Positions 60,877 through 64,000 of a stretch of DNA of 64,000 bases are shown here, piece by piece; the stretch's first letter is position 1, and every line of letters starts with the position of its first letter. A program made the translations under genes and the position numbers. Source of the DNA: the human T2T-CHM13v2.0 reference genome, Homo sapiens. The notes under the pieces were generated by a model. The model saw only the letters and a list, made by a program, of their open reading frames with translations, was not told where the DNA came from and made no database searches. The stretch lies in assembly GCF_009914755.1 (NCBI RefSeq), contig NC_060938.1; one strand, 5' to 3'.

Positions 60877-62089
60877 GACAGTGTTGTGTATGCTCCAGAT
60901 CCCCCAACTCCTACCCCATGGAAGAGCTCTACTTTACCTGAAATTTTATTCCTTGCTTTTCCTCTTTCCCTTCCTTGTTCTACTCCCTTGCTTTTCTACA
61001 GATTTTCCTCCTAGAAAAACACCTTTAATAAAACATGTGCACCTGAATCCCTGTCTCAGAATGTGCTTCTAGAGAAACCAAATCAAAGCATCAGATGATA
61101 TAGATATGACTCAAAATTTCTGAATCTATGAATAGAGGAAAATTTTGCTAAGGTTTTGCCTATTTGTTAATTTAGCTGTTTAGCAGCATTGCTCATTATT
61201 TTTTCCAGTGCTATTTGCATATTTTAATGAACTTAAAAACAAAAATGCTAAAGATGAACACCTCTGACATGCTAGAATTGTCATGAGAATCACATTTCCC
61301 TTTGTGCATCTCTGAGAATTGGAGAATAAGATAGGAGAGATCTCATGCTACTTTGATCCCCATCCTCTCTACCACTCTATCACCTCTATCCTGAAGCTCC
61401 AAAGAGCATGTATATCTCCTTATTTTCAAGAGTTTCTAATAATATGACAAAAGCAACACTTAAAAAAGATCAGTTTGGTAACTGATCAAGATGGACTGAA
61501 GCTGAATGAGACAAGGGAAAGAAAGCCAATGGAAAGCATGTTACCGAGATAAGAGCCTAGATGTGAAATGGCAAAGGCCTATTTATAGTAGCAAAGAGAA
61601 TGAAAGGGAAGGAATACAAATGGAGATGTATTTTAAGTTAACTTAACCCAAATGTCCTCAGGCCTCACCATTCTGTGGCTCAACATTCAGGCAACAGTAA
61701 TACCTCAGTTTCCCTAGGTCATCACTTCCACCTGCTGATGTAAATGTCTGCTCTGATCTCATGTTTCTCATTTATTCTTAGATTACCCAAAGGAAGCCTC
61801 TTATGTGCTCAAGGACAAGCGTGCTCATATCCTTCTGCCTTAGCCTCTTTTTTGATGTCTGCTTCTTACACACCAGAGGAGGATGGTGCTTCAATGCTGT
61901 TGATCTAACTGCCCCCAGAGTTCTTTCTACTGTTCCAAAGTCTTCAAAACTTTTGAGGTGACAAAGAGTACTCCTTGATTTCCAGCCAGAAATCACACCA
62001 GAGCTACACTGTGTTTGCAGCACTAGGAGACTAATACTCTCCCAACTCCAGTTCATTCTTCATGAAGACTTGTGACATAAAGAGTAATA

Positions 62090-64000
62090 ATGCCAGGCCA
62101 CCCCCATGGCTTAGGCCCCAGTGGATCGCAACATAAGACCAGCCTGCCTAAGGACTACAGCAGCAAGTCTGCCCATTGACTCCACTAGAGAGCCTGCCCA
62201 GAATCTCTAGATGGGCTAACTGGTAAAGGGCTTTCACTGCCAAAGCCAGCCTGAGGACTACAGCAGCAAGTCTGCCCATTGACCCCACCATAGAGCCTGC
62301 CCAGAATCTCTGGATGGGCTAACTAGTAAAGGGCTTTCGCTGCCAAAGCCAATCTGTAAATACTGGAATAAGGGTCTACTTCTTCAAATGCACAGACACC
62401 AACACAAAGCCACAAGGATCATGAATGATCAAGAAAACATAACACCAAAGGAGGAAAATAAAGCACCAATGACTAAGCCTAAAGAAATGGAGATCAATGA
62501 ACTGTTCAAAGAATTCAAAATAATCCTCTTAAAGCAGCTTAGTGAGAAAAAAAAAAAACCCACATGTAAAAACATGAAATCAACAAAGCAGTATATAAAC
62601 AAAAATCAGAAATTCAACAAAGTGATAGAACCAAAAAAAAAATCTGAAGCTAAAAAACACAATTACTTACCTGAAAAAAAAAAAAATCATTGAAAACTTC
62701 AACAGCAGACTCAATCAAGCAGAAGCATCAGTGAGCTCAAAGGTCATTTGCAATTACCCAAAGGAACAAATTTTTTTTAATGAGAAGACTGAAGAAAGCC
62801 TAAGAAAATTATGAGACATCATCAAGTAAAAACATATTATAGAAGTTCTAGAAGGAGTAGAGAAAGAAAAGGACAGAGAGCTTACTTGAAGAAACAATGA
62901 CACATAACTTCCCAAATTTAGAGAAGGAAATGAACATTCACATTCATGAAACCCAAATAGCCACAAATAGATTAAATATAGAGATCAAATATATGTTAAA
63001 ATCAAATTCCCAAAAGTCAAAGGCAAAAAAGAAATTTGAAAGCAAGAGAAGAGCAATTCATCACATACAAGGGAACCTTCATAAAACCAAAACAGAAGAT
63101 TTCTCAGCAGAAACTGCAGGTCAGGAGAATGTAGGAGGATATTAATGTGCCAAAAGAAAACAAACTGCCAATCAAGAATATGATATTCAGCAAGGATGTT
63201 CTTCAGAAATGAAAGGGAGACGCATTTCCCAAAGAAACAAAAGCTGTGAGAGTTCATCACCATTAGACCTGCCTTATAGGAAATGCTGAGAGGAGTTTTT
63301 CAAGTTGAAATGAAAGCACACTAACAACACAGCACATGAGATTATAAAAACTTACTATAAAAGAATATAGTCAAATTCAAGATATCCTAATACTGTAATG
63401 ATGGTGCATAAATCAATTTTAACTCCAGTATAAAGTTAGTAGACAAAAGTATTAAAAATAACTCACACTACAATAGTTTGGAAATTGATACATATATGTA
63501 AATTTTGACATCAAAAATATATTTGGGGAGGAGAAGTTAAAATGTAGAGTTTTTATTTGTGATTGAAGTTGTTAGTATCAGCTTAAAACAGATTATTATA
63601 ACTATGTTTTATGTAAGCCTCATGGTAACCACAAAGCAAAAAAAAAATTAAAACAAACAAACAAAAAAAACCCTATAGCATATAATGCAAAAGATAGAAA
63701 GAAATGAATCAAAGCATACCAGTAAGAAAATATTAAATCACAAAGGCAGACAGCAAGAAAATAACGATTGAAACAAAGGAACTAAAAAACAGAAAGCAAT
63801 TAGCTAAGTGGCAGAAGGAATTACAATAATTATTTTAAATGTAAACTGATTAAATTATCCAGTCAAAAGACATGGAGTGGTTGAATAGATTTAAAAAAGA
63901 AAAGATTCAACTATATATTGCCTATAGGAGACCACTTTAGCTTAAGGCATATATAGGCTGAAAGTGAAAGGAGAGAAAAAGATCTTCCATATAAATGGTA
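62090..64000 (+). mobile_element. old L1M: end of 5'UTR, decayed ORF1, start of ORF2 (runs off window)
   Basis: PKEMEINEL..EFKIILLK; NFPNLEKEMNIHIHE; aatgtaaactgattaaattatccagtcaaaagacat. Confidence 0.85.
62146..62351 (+). repeat. 103-bp tandem duplication in the L1M 5' region
   Basis: aggactacagcagcaagtctgcccattgac...gccaaagcca at 62151 and 62254. Confidence 0.93.

Overview
Hominoid (most likely human) genomic DNA, dominated by transposable elements, with no protein-coding gene I can support. Subfamily names are recalled from consensus sequences and were not searched. 1-6.3 kb: a decayed L1PA4/5-type LINE (ORF1 C-terminus, disrupted ORF2, AluY inside), a second L1PA 3' end and an older L1M host. 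6.3-36.7 kb: unique DNA mixed with MIR, L2, MLT1, Alu and DNA-transposon fossils. It has a strong CTCF motif and, at 19.7-26.7 kb, three local templated duplications with unusual junctions. 36.7-61.1 kb: an almost continuous nested TE stack. It holds a Ricksha (MULE) element with a decayed FLYWCH zinc finger next to a captured MLT2 LTR, and a THE1B element. Inside THE1B sits a full-length MER41A ERV transcript inserted as an L1-type processed copy (R-U5-int-U3-R-polyA, 16-bp TSD). The stack ends with an ancient LTR16/ERVL-type provirus carrying L1M, Alu, LTR and an unidentified retrocopied 3'UTR. 62-64 kb: 5' part of an old L1M. I see no evidence of a new functional gene system; the notable signals are mechanisms of mobilisation and repair.
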